Source of the DNA: Isosphaeraceae bacterium | GTDB lineage: Bacteria > Planctomycetota > Planctomycetia > Isosphaerales > Isosphaeraceae | Assembly: GCA_965201075.1 (NCBI GenBank) | Contig: CBDAVP010000005.1 | Location: 62,001 to 126,000, forward strand | DNA length: 64,000 nucleotides | Reading direction: 5' to 3' | Shown: piece by piece, positions 48,085 through 56,282 of the stretch | Numbering within the stretch: the first letter of the stretch is position 1 | Layout: every line of letters begins with the position of its first letter | Made by a program: the position numbers and the translations under genes | The notes under the pieces: model-generated | What the model saw: the letters and a program-made list of their open reading frames with translations, nothing else | Databases searched by the model: none | What the model was told of the DNA's origin: nothing

Positions 48085-49662
48085 ATGTCACTCTTGAGTC
48101 TGCTTCGGCAATCCGTCCGGTCCTGGCGACGACGACGAACCGGGGCGAGAAAACTCTCCAGCCGGCCCACCGTCTCGATGGAATGCCTGGATCATCGTCA
48201 ACTCCTTGCCGCGAACTTCACCGGAAACGTCATAAACGATTTTCCCCTTGCAACCACTCCAGCCGTCAAAGAGATCCTTCCCGATTTCACGAACCCCGCT
48301 ACCAGTGAAGCGTCGTTCTCCAACGCCAACTTGCAGAATCTCATTCAGGTCTCGGGCTTTTACATCAGCGGCGTGCGCCTGGCCTACACCCAGGCCGACG
48401 ACACCTTGAGCATTGGCCTGGAAACGCCGGCCAATCCCAAAGCCTCGGGCCAGTTCGTGCTGGCAAGCGATGCCGACAACAATGGAAATTCCGGCGTGGA
48501 AGGTGGCGATCCCACCGCTCCGCCCAGCGTCGACCCGGCGGTCCAGACGGCGGCAGGCGGCGGGTTCTCGGATTTTGCCGATCTGGGTGGGACCGAGTAC
48601 ACGGGGGTCTTCCTTGACCTCAGTGGGCAGGGGGGCGTTCCGCAGATCGTCGCGGGCATCGGCACCGGCCCTTCGAAGCTATATCAAGTCGCCCAGGCGG
48701 TCAATATCAGCGGCGTGACTGGACGCCCCGACACCAATTTCGGTAAATCGCTGCCTCAGTTCACGGGCCGGATCTTCATCAATAATGATCCCACAACGCC
48801 CAACATTGAGATGACGATCGTCAACTTCTCGGCGCTCTACCAGCAGGTCACCGGCCAAACCTTCAGCCAGCTCAGTAACATCAGTGTCGGGGCTTACGGC
48901 GGTTCAGCCAACGACAACGCCACCGAGACCACCCTCCCGGTCCAGACCATCAACGCCGGGAGCTTTTTTACCCCGACGCCGGTTTGCCCCCCGCCAACCC
49001 CGTCTCCGCTGACCCCGCCGGTTCTGGTCAACTACCACGAAAACAACCACCTCAACACGGCCCACACCACCACCGTCCGCGTCCAGGTCTTCGGCACCGC
49101 CCAGCTCAACGTCGACAGCATCGTCGAGTCGTCGGTCCACATCGGCGGGGCGAGCCCCCTATTCAGCTTCGACCGCAAGGTCGGCAACTACCCCTTCCCA
49201 ACGCGCACGTTCGTCTTCCGCGGCACCGACATCAACCTGCCCCCCGGCCTGACCCCCGTGGACGTGACGGGCACCCTGACCGACGGACGCGCTTTCGACA
49301 GCACCTACGTCGTCTTCAATCGCAACGACTCGTTCTACTCCAATCGAGCCATCGACGCCCGCAACGCCCGCCTGGAAGCTCGCGGCCTGACGATTCCCCT
49401 CGACGGCGTGACCAACGGATCGACCCCGGCGGTCGCGACCCGGGCCATCAAGGTGGACTACGGCATGCACGCTTCGCAGGCCAGCCACTCCGCCAAGGTC
49501 ACCGAAACCGTCTTTCACCCCGGCAACACTAACCCCATACCCGCCCCGGCTCACGCAGCCGCGGCCACTGCCAAGGTTCGCGTCGCCAAGGTCCGCGTCG
49601 GAACTCGAATGGCTGACCTCAAGGCCACCGCCGCGACAACCTCCACCGCCGGGGGGAGTTGA
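48085..49662 (+). CDS. Planctomycete extracellular protein (LExRxL-type leader), homologous to the divergent PEP-CTERM protein
   Basis: Arg-rich leader ...RPTVSMECLDHRQLLA; shared domain; Pro linker; second beta domain; Ala/Lys/Thr tail. Confidence 0.82.
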   Translation: MSLLSLLRQSVRSWRRRRTGARKLSSRPTVSMECLDHRQLLAANFTGNVINDFPLATTPAVKEILPDFTNPATSEASFSNANLQNLIQVSGFYISGVRLAYTQADDTLSIGLETPANPKASGQFVLASDADNNGNSGVEGGDPTAPPSVDPAVQTAAGGGFSDFADLGGTEYTGVFLDLSGQGGVPQIVAGIGTGPSKLYQVAQAVNISGVTGRPDTNFGKSLPQFTGRIFINNDPTTPNIEMTIVNFSALYQQVTGQTFSQLSNISVGAYGGSANDNATETTLPVQTINAGSFFTPTPVCPPPTPSPLTPPVLVNYHENNHLNTAHTTTVRVQVFGTAQLNVDSIVESSVHIGGASPLFSFDRKVGNYPFPTRTFVFRGTDINLPPGLTPVDVTGTLTDGRAFDSTYVVFNRNDSFYSNRAIDARNARLEARGLTIPLDGVTNGSTPAVATRAIKVDYGMHASQASHSAKVTETVFHPGNTNPIPAPAHAAAATAKVRVAKVRVGTRMADLKATAATTSTAGGS

Positions 49663-49852
49663 CCGGCCCCTCCCCCCTGCCCGCCTGGCGACCGCTCCAG
49701 ACCTGGGGCGGTTGCCAGTCCCTCGGAAGTTCGGCAGAAGGAATTTTGATCCTCAAAATCTTGACAACCGGACCGAACTCGACCCCTCGCCGACCCGTCC
49801 ATTAGTATAAATGGTAGCGCCCCAGTTGGGTCGGCGCACTGAGGACGGACCG

Positions 49853-50272
49853 ATGTTGATCGTCGACAACCAGATTGCCATCCCCCGGGACGAGTTCCAG
49901 TTCGAGTTCGCCCGCTCGGGTGGGCCCGGCGGTCAGAACGTGAATAAGGTCGCCTCCAAGGCGGTCCTTCGCTGGAACCCCGCGGCCAGCCCGAGCCTGC
50001 CACCCGCGGTCAAGGCCCGTCTGCTCGCGTCGGTTGCGTCTCGACTGACGAACCTGGGCGAGTTACTCATCACCTCGCAGGCCACCCGTGACCAGGGCCG
50101 GAACGTCGAGGACTGTCTCGAAAAGGTCCGTCGCCTGGTCCTCGCCGCCGCGCGACCTCCCAAGGTCAGACGCCCCACCGAACCCACCCTCGGCTCGCGA
50201 ATCCGCCGAGTCGAGGGGAAAACCCATCGCGCCACAACTCGCCGCCGCCGCCAGATTCCCGAGTCCGAATAA
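49853..50272 (+). CDS. arfB: Alternative ribosome rescue peptidyl-tRNA hydrolase ArfB (YaeJ)
   Basis: F.RSGGPGGQNVNKV.SK, R.Q..N, basic C-terminal tail RRPT.PT..S..RR...K. Confidence 0.93.
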   Translation: MLIVDNQIAIPRDEFQFEFARSGGPGGQNVNKVASKAVLRWNPAASPSLPPAVKARLLASVASRLTNLGELLITSQATRDQGRNVEDCLEKVRRLVLAAARPPKVRRPTEPTLGSRIRRVEGKTHRATTRRRRQIPESE

Positions 50273-50313
50273 CTCGCGGCCAACCTTTGCCACCCCTGAG
50301 CGGAGTTCTCACC

Positions 50314-50577
50314 TTGGCCGACCACTCTCCCTATCAGCAGAAGATCATCAGGCGGTATTACAACAACTTCGACGCGATCAAGTCTCAGCGACTCGCCGAG
50401 TTGACCACCGACCTTTATCTGGCGGAGGGGAAAAAGCGGGACAGACTCTGGATTCAGGTCGCTGAGATTCTCAAAGGCCTCGAATTTCCCGAAACCCGGA
50501 TCACTCACCTTCTTTCGAAAAAAGATCCGGCCCTCGTGGCGGGAATCATTCAGGAATTGCAATCCAAAGGAAAGTAA
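50314..50577 (+). CDS. Small helical hypothetical protein
   Basis: GGAG RBS + TTG; YQQKIIRRYY.N.D.I..QRL.EL.TDLYLAEGKKR..LW reads as a conserved globular sequence. Confidence 0.7.
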   Translation: MADHSPYQQKIIRRYYNNFDAIKSQRLAELTTDLYLAEGKKRDRLWIQVAEILKGLEFPETRITHLLSKKDPALVAGIIQELQSKGK

Positions 50578-50693
50578 GCTCGGATCGTGCGAAAAGCTTC
50601 TTAAAAATCGCCAGGTAAAGCCTATGGTAATCTTGCGCTTCATTTGAGAAGATCCCTCTGGGGAATTGCATGATCCCTTGGGGCCTACCCGCC

Positions 50694-51161
50694 ATGAACC
50701 TGGCGAAGCGCGTGCGTGATTGTCGTTATGTGAAGGGTTGGGGGCCTGACGAGCTCGCCAATCGGGCCGAAATCTCCCGAACCGCCCTCTATCAGATCGA
50801 GTGTGGCAAAACCGGGTTGCCCCGAGCCGGCACCTTGCGACGGATCGCCCAGGCACTCGATGTCTCCGTCGATCAATTGCTCCGCGAAGAGGCCGCTCCG
50901 CCTCGTCTACACGCTCATGTCGAGGATTTCGAGGATCTTGCCTCGTTGGAATCGCCCCTAGACCCTAGCAGCCAGCGGCCTCAAACCGAATCCGACCAGC
51001 CGCTTCCCTCGATGATCCGCCGCGCCCCAACTTCTCGCGAGTTTGAGTTGACCGGAAAGCTCCGCGAGTTGCTCGACTCCCCCTTCGGCGAATCGATCGC
51101 CCGGATCGTCCTGGAATCGCACCGCATGCTCGTGGAAGGGACCGGGTATCGGGGGATCTGA
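50694..51161 (+). CDS. XRE-family HTH transcriptional regulator
   Basis: LAKRVR..R...GW...ELA.RA.ISRTALYQIE.GKT..PR..TL.RIA.AL.V. Confidence 0.9.
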   Translation: MNLAKRVRDCRYVKGWGPDELANRAEISRTALYQIECGKTGLPRAGTLRRIAQALDVSVDQLLREEAAPPRLHAHVEDFEDLASLESPLDPSSQRPQTESDQPLPSMIRRAPTSREFELTGKLRELLDSPFGESIARIVLESHRMLVEGTGYRGI

Positions 51162-51294
51162 GGTCGACCCGGCACGAAAGGCGCACAATTCCGGCGACTG
51201 AGGAATTTCGTTGTAGAATTTCCTCAAGTGGACGGGGAGGCCGGCCGAACCTCGCGGCCGGCGGTTCCCGGCCCCTCCCGGAAGAGGTCCGACG

Positions 51295-51831
51295 ATGATT
51301 CGCATCCGCTTAAGCGCCCTCGTGCGTGGACTGGCGATTACTGCCTGCGCAGTCGCCCTCGGCTTCGCCGCAACTTCATCCGTTGAGGCGGGCGGCTTCT
51401 TCGGCAGACGAGGACGAGGCCCCGCCCCTGCCGTTCTCGTGCGAACTCAGACCACGGTCCCGACAGTCGCCCCCACGGCGGCTCCCGGCGGATCGTTGGG
51501 CAACTTCTACGAAACTCCCTACATCACTTCCCGGGGAAACTTCCCGGCCGGTGGCGGCTGGTCCCCGTTCGGGGAATATGGGGATACGAACCTCTCCCTC
51601 TACGGACCGCTGTCCTCCTTCCGATCCATTTCGGCCCCGGTCCAGGTTTATTCGCGGGGTTATGACGGCCGGCTCCGCGTCCAGGATGGAACCGCGACTT
51701 CAACCCCCAACCTTCCCTCATTGTCTCCCATCGTTTATCCCACCCGCTCCAACACAAGTTTCTACGGCCGCCGACCTCAGTCCACGCCGCCTCAGTGGGA
51801 CGATGCCACCAACTGGATCGATCAAAACTAA
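51295..51831 (+). CDS. Secreted hypothetical protein
   Basis: Signal peptide ending VEA-G; Pro/Tyr/Gly-rich body. Confidence 0.65.
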   Translation: MIRIRLSALVRGLAITACAVALGFAATSSVEAGGFFGRRGRGPAPAVLVRTQTTVPTVAPTAAPGGSLGNFYETPYITSRGNFPAGGGWSPFGEYGDTNLSLYGPLSSFRSISAPVQVYSRGYDGRLRVQDGTATSTPNLPSLSPIVYPTRSNTSFYGRRPQSTPPQWDDATNWIDQN

Positions 51832-52040
51832 CCCGCAAAACGGAAGAATAGGGACTCTGCAGCAACTTTTCGGGCGATGATCCCTACGAGTGGGCTTGGG
51901 TTGCGATTTTCGCAACCCTCCCCCCTTGATCCGCTTGCGGATCGATTCGTAGGATGACGCCGCCTCCAACCTTTCCCTGGCCAGCGGGCCGGGAATTGGT
52001 CCTAGATCGTGAGCCCCACCAAGGAAGGGATCGGGAACGC

Positions 52041-54056
52041 ATGAGCCGCATTCCAGACGTCGGCGACGACAGCCGTCCGTCGGGATCTGGGAGCCGGCCG
52101 TTCGGCCAACGAAATTCCTTCCGCCCCAACGCTCTCCTGGTTGAGGCCATCGCGTCGTCCCGCGAAGTGCTGCTGGACGCTCAATCTCCGGGAGGCTACT
52201 GGGTTGGCGAGCTCGAAGGCGGCACGATCCTCGAAGCCGAATATCTCCTGATGATGGCCCACCTGGGTCTCGAAGCCGACCCAGTCTGCCTCAAGCTCGG
52301 CCAATTTCTCCGCGACCAGGCCATTCCGAGCGGTGGCTGGTCGATTTACCCGGGAGGCCCGCTCGACGTCAGCGCCTCGGTCGAGTCGTATTGTGCCTTG
52401 AAGATGATCGGAACCCCAGCCGATGACCCCATCCTCGCCCGTTCCCGAGTGGCCATTCGCAAGGCTGGCGGTCTTCGTGCCTGCAATAGTTTCACTCGTT
52501 TCAACCTCGCGCTGCTTGGTCAAGTTTCCTACGAAGAGTGCCCCGAGATCCCGCCAGAACTCGCCCTCCTACCTCGCCGCCTCAGTTTTCTCAACAATGT
52601 TTCTTCGTGGACGCGGACGATCGTCGTGCCTCTCTCGATCATCTCGGCCTTGAAACCCACCCGGTCGATCCCCCCCGAGCGAGGCATCGCGGAACTCGAC
52701 GTCCCCCCCGACCCGTACCAGCCCGCCGCGCAACGCTCCTGGGGCTGGACCCGCATGTTCCTGGGGTTGGATCGGCTCTTGAAGGGAATTTCGCGGCGAG
52801 TCCCTCGCTCCTGGCGCGAGCCTGGCCTCCGCGCTGCGGAACAGTGGATTCGGACGCACCTGAAAGGCTCCGACGGTCTGGGCGCGATCTTTCCGCCGAT
52901 GATTTACACGGTGGTGGCGCTGAGAGCACTGGGCTATTCGGCCGACTCCGCCGAGGTGAACTGGGCGATGGACCGGCTGGCCGACCTGATGATCGACGAT
53001 GGGGACACCCTCCGCATTCAGCCTTGCGTTTCACCGGTCTGGGACACGGCCATCAGCATGATCGCTTTGGCCGACGCCCGGCTCCCCGACTTCCACCCCG
53101 CCCTGCTGAGAGGAGTTCGCTGGCTCCTGGATCGCGAGGTCCGCACCCCCGGAGACTGGCAGGCGAAGCGTCCGGGGGTGGAACCTGGCGGCTGGCATTT
53201 CCAGTTTCGCAACGCCTTTTACCCGGACGTCGACGACACCGCGATGGTCCTGCTGGCGATCCACCGCACCGCGCTTGCCGACGACCCCGCAGTTCTCGCC
53301 GCGACCCGCCGGGGGGTCGCCTGGCTCCTGGCGATGCAGAATCGCGACGGCGGCTGGGCGGCCTTCGACGCCGACGTCGATAACGAGGTCTGGACCCGCG
53401 TCCCGTTCGCCGACCACAACGCGATGCTCGACCCCAGTTGCGCTGACATCTCCGCCAGGGTCCTGGAATTGCTGGGACAACTTGGCCACGCGATCGACCA
53501 CCCCGCCGTCGTCAGGGGGTTGGACTACCTCTGGAAGACCCAGGAACCGGAGGGCTGCTGGTATGGACGTTGGGGCGTGAACTACATCTACGGAACCTGG
53601 CAAGTCTTGCTAGGACTTCGAGCGGTGGGTCACCCGATGGACGACCCCCGGGCTCGCAGGGCGGCCGATTGGCTCGAATCGGTCCAGCAAGGCGACGGAT
53701 CGTGGGGCGAGTCGTGCCGATCCTATGACGATCCTTCGTGGATGGGGCAAGGCGAGTCCACGGCCTCGCAAACCGCCTGGGCGGTGCTGGGACTTATCGC
53801 CGCCGGTCGAGCCTTCGGGGACGCGGTCCGTCGAGGGATCGACTTCCTGACCGACACTCAGCAAGGCGATGGTACCTGGGAGGAAACCGCCTTCACCGGG
53901 ACTGGCTTCCCTCGGGTGTTCTACCTGAAATACCACCTGTACCGGTTGACCTTCCCTCTGATGGCGCTGACCCGCTACCGGGCGGCGATCGGTAAGGTCC
54001 AGCCGGGCGCCCTCGCCAGCCGAGTCCCCGCGTCGCCGCGTGTTGGCGAGGTTTGA
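52041..54056 (+). CDS. shc: Squalene-hopene cyclase
   Basis: QW repeats (Q..DGGW, QEPEGCWYGRWG, QQGDGSW); DVDDTA catalytic motif; TGTGFPRVFYLKYHLY. Confidence 0.95.
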   Translation: MSRIPDVGDDSRPSGSGSRPFGQRNSFRPNALLVEAIASSREVLLDAQSPGGYWVGELEGGTILEAEYLLMMAHLGLEADPVCLKLGQFLRDQAIPSGGWSIYPGGPLDVSASVESYCALKMIGTPADDPILARSRVAIRKAGGLRACNSFTRFNLALLGQVSYEECPEIPPELALLPRRLSFLNNVSSWTRTIVVPLSIISALKPTRSIPPERGIAELDVPPDPYQPAAQRSWGWTRMFLGLDRLLKGISRRVPRSWREPGLRAAEQWIRTHLKGSDGLGAIFPPMIYTVVALRALGYSADSAEVNWAMDRLADLMIDDGDTLRIQPCVSPVWDTAISMIALADARLPDFHPALLRGVRWLLDREVRTPGDWQAKRPGVEPGGWHFQFRNAFYPDVDDTAMVLLAIHRTALADDPAVLAATRRGVAWLLAMQNRDGGWAAFDADVDNEVWTRVPFADHNAMLDPSCADISARVLELLGQLGHAIDHPAVVRGLDYLWKTQEPEGCWYGRWGVNYIYGTWQVLLGLRAVGHPMDDPRARRAADWLESVQQGDGSWGESCRSYDDPSWMGQGESTASQTAWAVLGLIAAGRAFGDAVRRGIDFLTDTQQGDGTWEETAFTGTGFPRVFYLKYHLYRLTFPLMALTRYRAAIGKVQPGALASRVPASPRVGEV

Positions 54057-54102
54057 ACGGCCGCCCCTGGCCTCACGCCCCGTTCTGTGCGATCCTGCCG
54101 CC

Positions 54103-54849
54103 ATGCCGCCGATCGCCCCACCCCCCGAGCCCGCCGACATCGGACTCGTGGCCGCGACCACCATCGAGGTCGCTCCCCTGCTCGCCCGTCTCCACCACAA
54201 GCGCCACTATCAGGCGGCGAGGCAACGGGTGATCGAGGGGGAGTTGGGCGGAAAGCTGCTGGCGATCACCCTGGTCGGCATGGGCCGCGCCCGGGCCCGC
54301 CGCGGCGCGAACCTGCTGCTCGACGGCCACCGGCCCCGCTGGCTCATTTCGGCCGGATTCGCCGGCGCCCTGGTCCCCACCCTCCGCCGCGACGACGTGC
54401 TCCTCGCCGATGAGGTTGTCGACGAGGCGGGCACCCTTTACTCCCTTGACCTGAAACTTCCCGTGGCCCTGGTCCCGGGCTTCCACTCGGCTCGCCTGCT
54501 GACGGTCGACCGCATGATCCTGACCGCCGTCGAAAAGGCCCACCTCCGCGACCGCCACGGGGCCTCGTTGGTGGACATGGAAACCTCGGGTGTCGCCGAA
54601 GTCTGTCAGCAGCGTTCGGTTCGGTTCCTCTCGGTGCGGGTCATCAGCGACGAGGCTGGCGTCGATTTGCCTCGCGAGGTCTTGGCGATCGTCGGCCCCT
54701 CGGGGGGGTTCCGCCTTGGAGCCGCCGCCGGCGCGATCTGGAAACGACCGTCGAGCCTCAAGGACCTCTGGGCCCTTCGAGAACATGCGGCCTCGGCGGC
54801 CGAGCGTCTCGCCGAGGTTCTCCCGTCGTTACTGGCCCAACTGACCTGA
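54103..54849 (+). CDS. Nucleoside phosphorylase (PNP/UDP family), probable hopanoid-associated HpnG-like
   Basis: GMG, SAGFAGAL, VDMET, RVISD. Lies directly downstream of shc. Confidence 0.82.
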   Translation: MPPIAPPPEPADIGLVAATTIEVAPLLARLHHKRHYQAARQRVIEGELGGKLLAITLVGMGRARARRGANLLLDGHRPRWLISAGFAGALVPTLRRDDVLLADEVVDEAGTLYSLDLKLPVALVPGFHSARLLTVDRMILTAVEKAHLRDRHGASLVDMETSGVAEVCQQRSVRFLSVRVISDEAGVDLPREVLAIVGPSGGFRLGAAAGAIWKRPSSLKDLWALREHAASAAERLAEVLPSLLAQLT

Positions 54850-54866
54850 CCCCCTGACCCCTGACC
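54841..54866 (+). repeat. Short tandem CTGACCC-type repeat
   Basis: CTGAC CTGACCCC CTGACCC CTGACC spanning the stop codon. Confidence 0.5.
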
Positions 54867-54879
54867 CGCCCGTCGATCC

Positions 54880-54907
54880 TTGACAGGTCGGCGAATCCGG
54901 GTAGTGT
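54880..54907 (+). promoter_or_regulatory. Candidate sigma70 promoter for the glycosyltransferase
   Basis: TTGACA-N16-TAGTGT about 115 nt upstream of ATG 55022. Confidence 0.45.
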
Positions 54908-55021
54908 GGACCTCGGCCGCCGAACCGGGAACAACCCCGATGGGGCGTCTCCGCCATCGACGGAACGGACCCGATCGGGTCGGATCGCATCGGAGCTGGC
55001 CGGGGACGGGGCCGGACCCTC

Positions 55022-56281
55022 ATGACCCCCACGCCCCCACACGCCGCCCCGCCGAGGGCGACCCGCCCCCAACCTGAACCGCTCGACGGGCCTGACTTCG
55101 ACCTGGTCGTGGCCGACGCCTCGTGGACCTGGACCGAGCGCCTCTTCTCTCCCCTCCACGCCCACGGTCCCCGGGTTCTGCTCCTGAAGGCGTGTGACTG
55201 GCGCACCGCCGCCAACCAGCGAAGACCCGCGTCGGATTGGCTCTGGCCCGCCCGGCAAGTGGCCCCAAACCTATGGGAGCGCACCTTCGTCCTGCCGCCC
55301 GGTTGGATGAAGACCTACCCACGCCTCGGGATGCGTCCGCTCGCCTGGGGAATCCGCCGCTGGCGACAGGCGTTACCCGGACGACGCCCCCTTGTCCTGG
55401 CGATCTCCTACCCGCATTACCTCTACCTGCGCGACCTGCTGAATCCCGACGCTTTGATCTACTACAACATGGACGACTACAGCTTCTACTGGTCGTCCCG
55501 CCGAGACACGGTGCAATCGCTGGAACGTCAAGCCGTCGCCGAGGCCACGCTCTCCGCCTTCTGTGCCCGGGCCCGAGCCGACGAGTTCCTCCAGGCTGTC
55601 CCCGAGGCCGCCGCCCGCATCATCCACCTGCCGCACGGAGCCCCCGCCGCCGCGATTGCCCCGGTTCCCCAACACACCCCGGCGCCTCCGCCGGCGGACC
55701 TGGCCGCGTTGCCATGTCCGCGACTGGGATTTGTCGGCTCCCTGGAAGACCGGCTGGACTGGCCGCTCCTGGAACGTCTCGCCCGCGCCTACCCCTCCGG
55801 ATCGATCGTGCTGATCGGCCGGGAGCCCCCGCCCTCCCCTCGAGAGGCCTGGTATCGCGACTCTCTCCAGACTCGGTCGCTACTCAACGTCCACACCCTG
55901 GGTTGGCGGCCTCAAGCCGCAATCGGTGCCTACAACGCGGCGTTCGATGTTTGCCTGATTCCCTACCGTGTCGACCACCCGTTCAACCGCGTTTCCTGCC
56001 CCACCAAGGTCATGGACTACATGGCCACCAGCCGCCCGGTGGTGTCCACCGCTCTGCCTGAATGCCGGCTTTACACACACCTTTTCGAAGTGGCCGAAAC
56101 TCCTGAAGCGTTTGTCGACGCCGTTGGCCGCATTCTCGATCGGGGCTCCGACGACGGCCGCGCCACCCTCCGCTGGGACTTCGCCCGCGCATCGACCTGG
56201 GAGCGGACCGCCGCCACCCTGCTCGAAGCCTTCCTCGCCCGCGCGGCGCTGCCGAGCGATTCCGTTTCGCCAGTTCGCTGA
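55022..56281 (+). CDS. GT-B (GT4-like, TuaH-type) glycosyltransferase
   Basis: IYY.MDDY, GFVGSL..RLD, FDVCLIPY, PTK.MDYMA..RPVVST. Confidence 0.85.
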   Translation: MTPTPPHAAPPRATRPQPEPLDGPDFDLVVADASWTWTERLFSPLHAHGPRVLLLKACDWRTAANQRRPASDWLWPARQVAPNLWERTFVLPPGWMKTYPRLGMRPLAWGIRRWRQALPGRRPLVLAISYPHYLYLRDLLNPDALIYYNMDDYSFYWSSRRDTVQSLERQAVAEATLSAFCARARADEFLQAVPEAAARIIHLPHGAPAAAIAPVPQHTPAPPPADLAALPCPRLGFVGSLEDRLDWPLLERLARAYPSGSIVLIGREPPPSPREAWYRDSLQTRSLLNVHTLGWRPQAAIGAYNAAFDVCLIPYRVDHPFNRVSCPTKVMDYMATSRPVVSTALPECRLYTHLFEVAETPEAFVDAVGRILDRGSDDGRATLRWDFARASTWERTAATLLEAFLARAALPSDSVSPVR

Positions 56282-56282
56282 C

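Noticed and set aside
49761..49845. TTGACA/TATAAA promoter or tRNA-like fragment (TGGTAGCGC) upstream of arfB
   Set aside because: The hexamers are about 39 nt apart, and there is no T-arm or acceptor stem.
46761..50663. Similarity between CATTGAGAAGACCCTGGGG (46761) and CATTTGAGAAGATCCCTCTGGGG (50641)
   Set aside because: The match is short and needs several gaps, so it cannot be told from chance.
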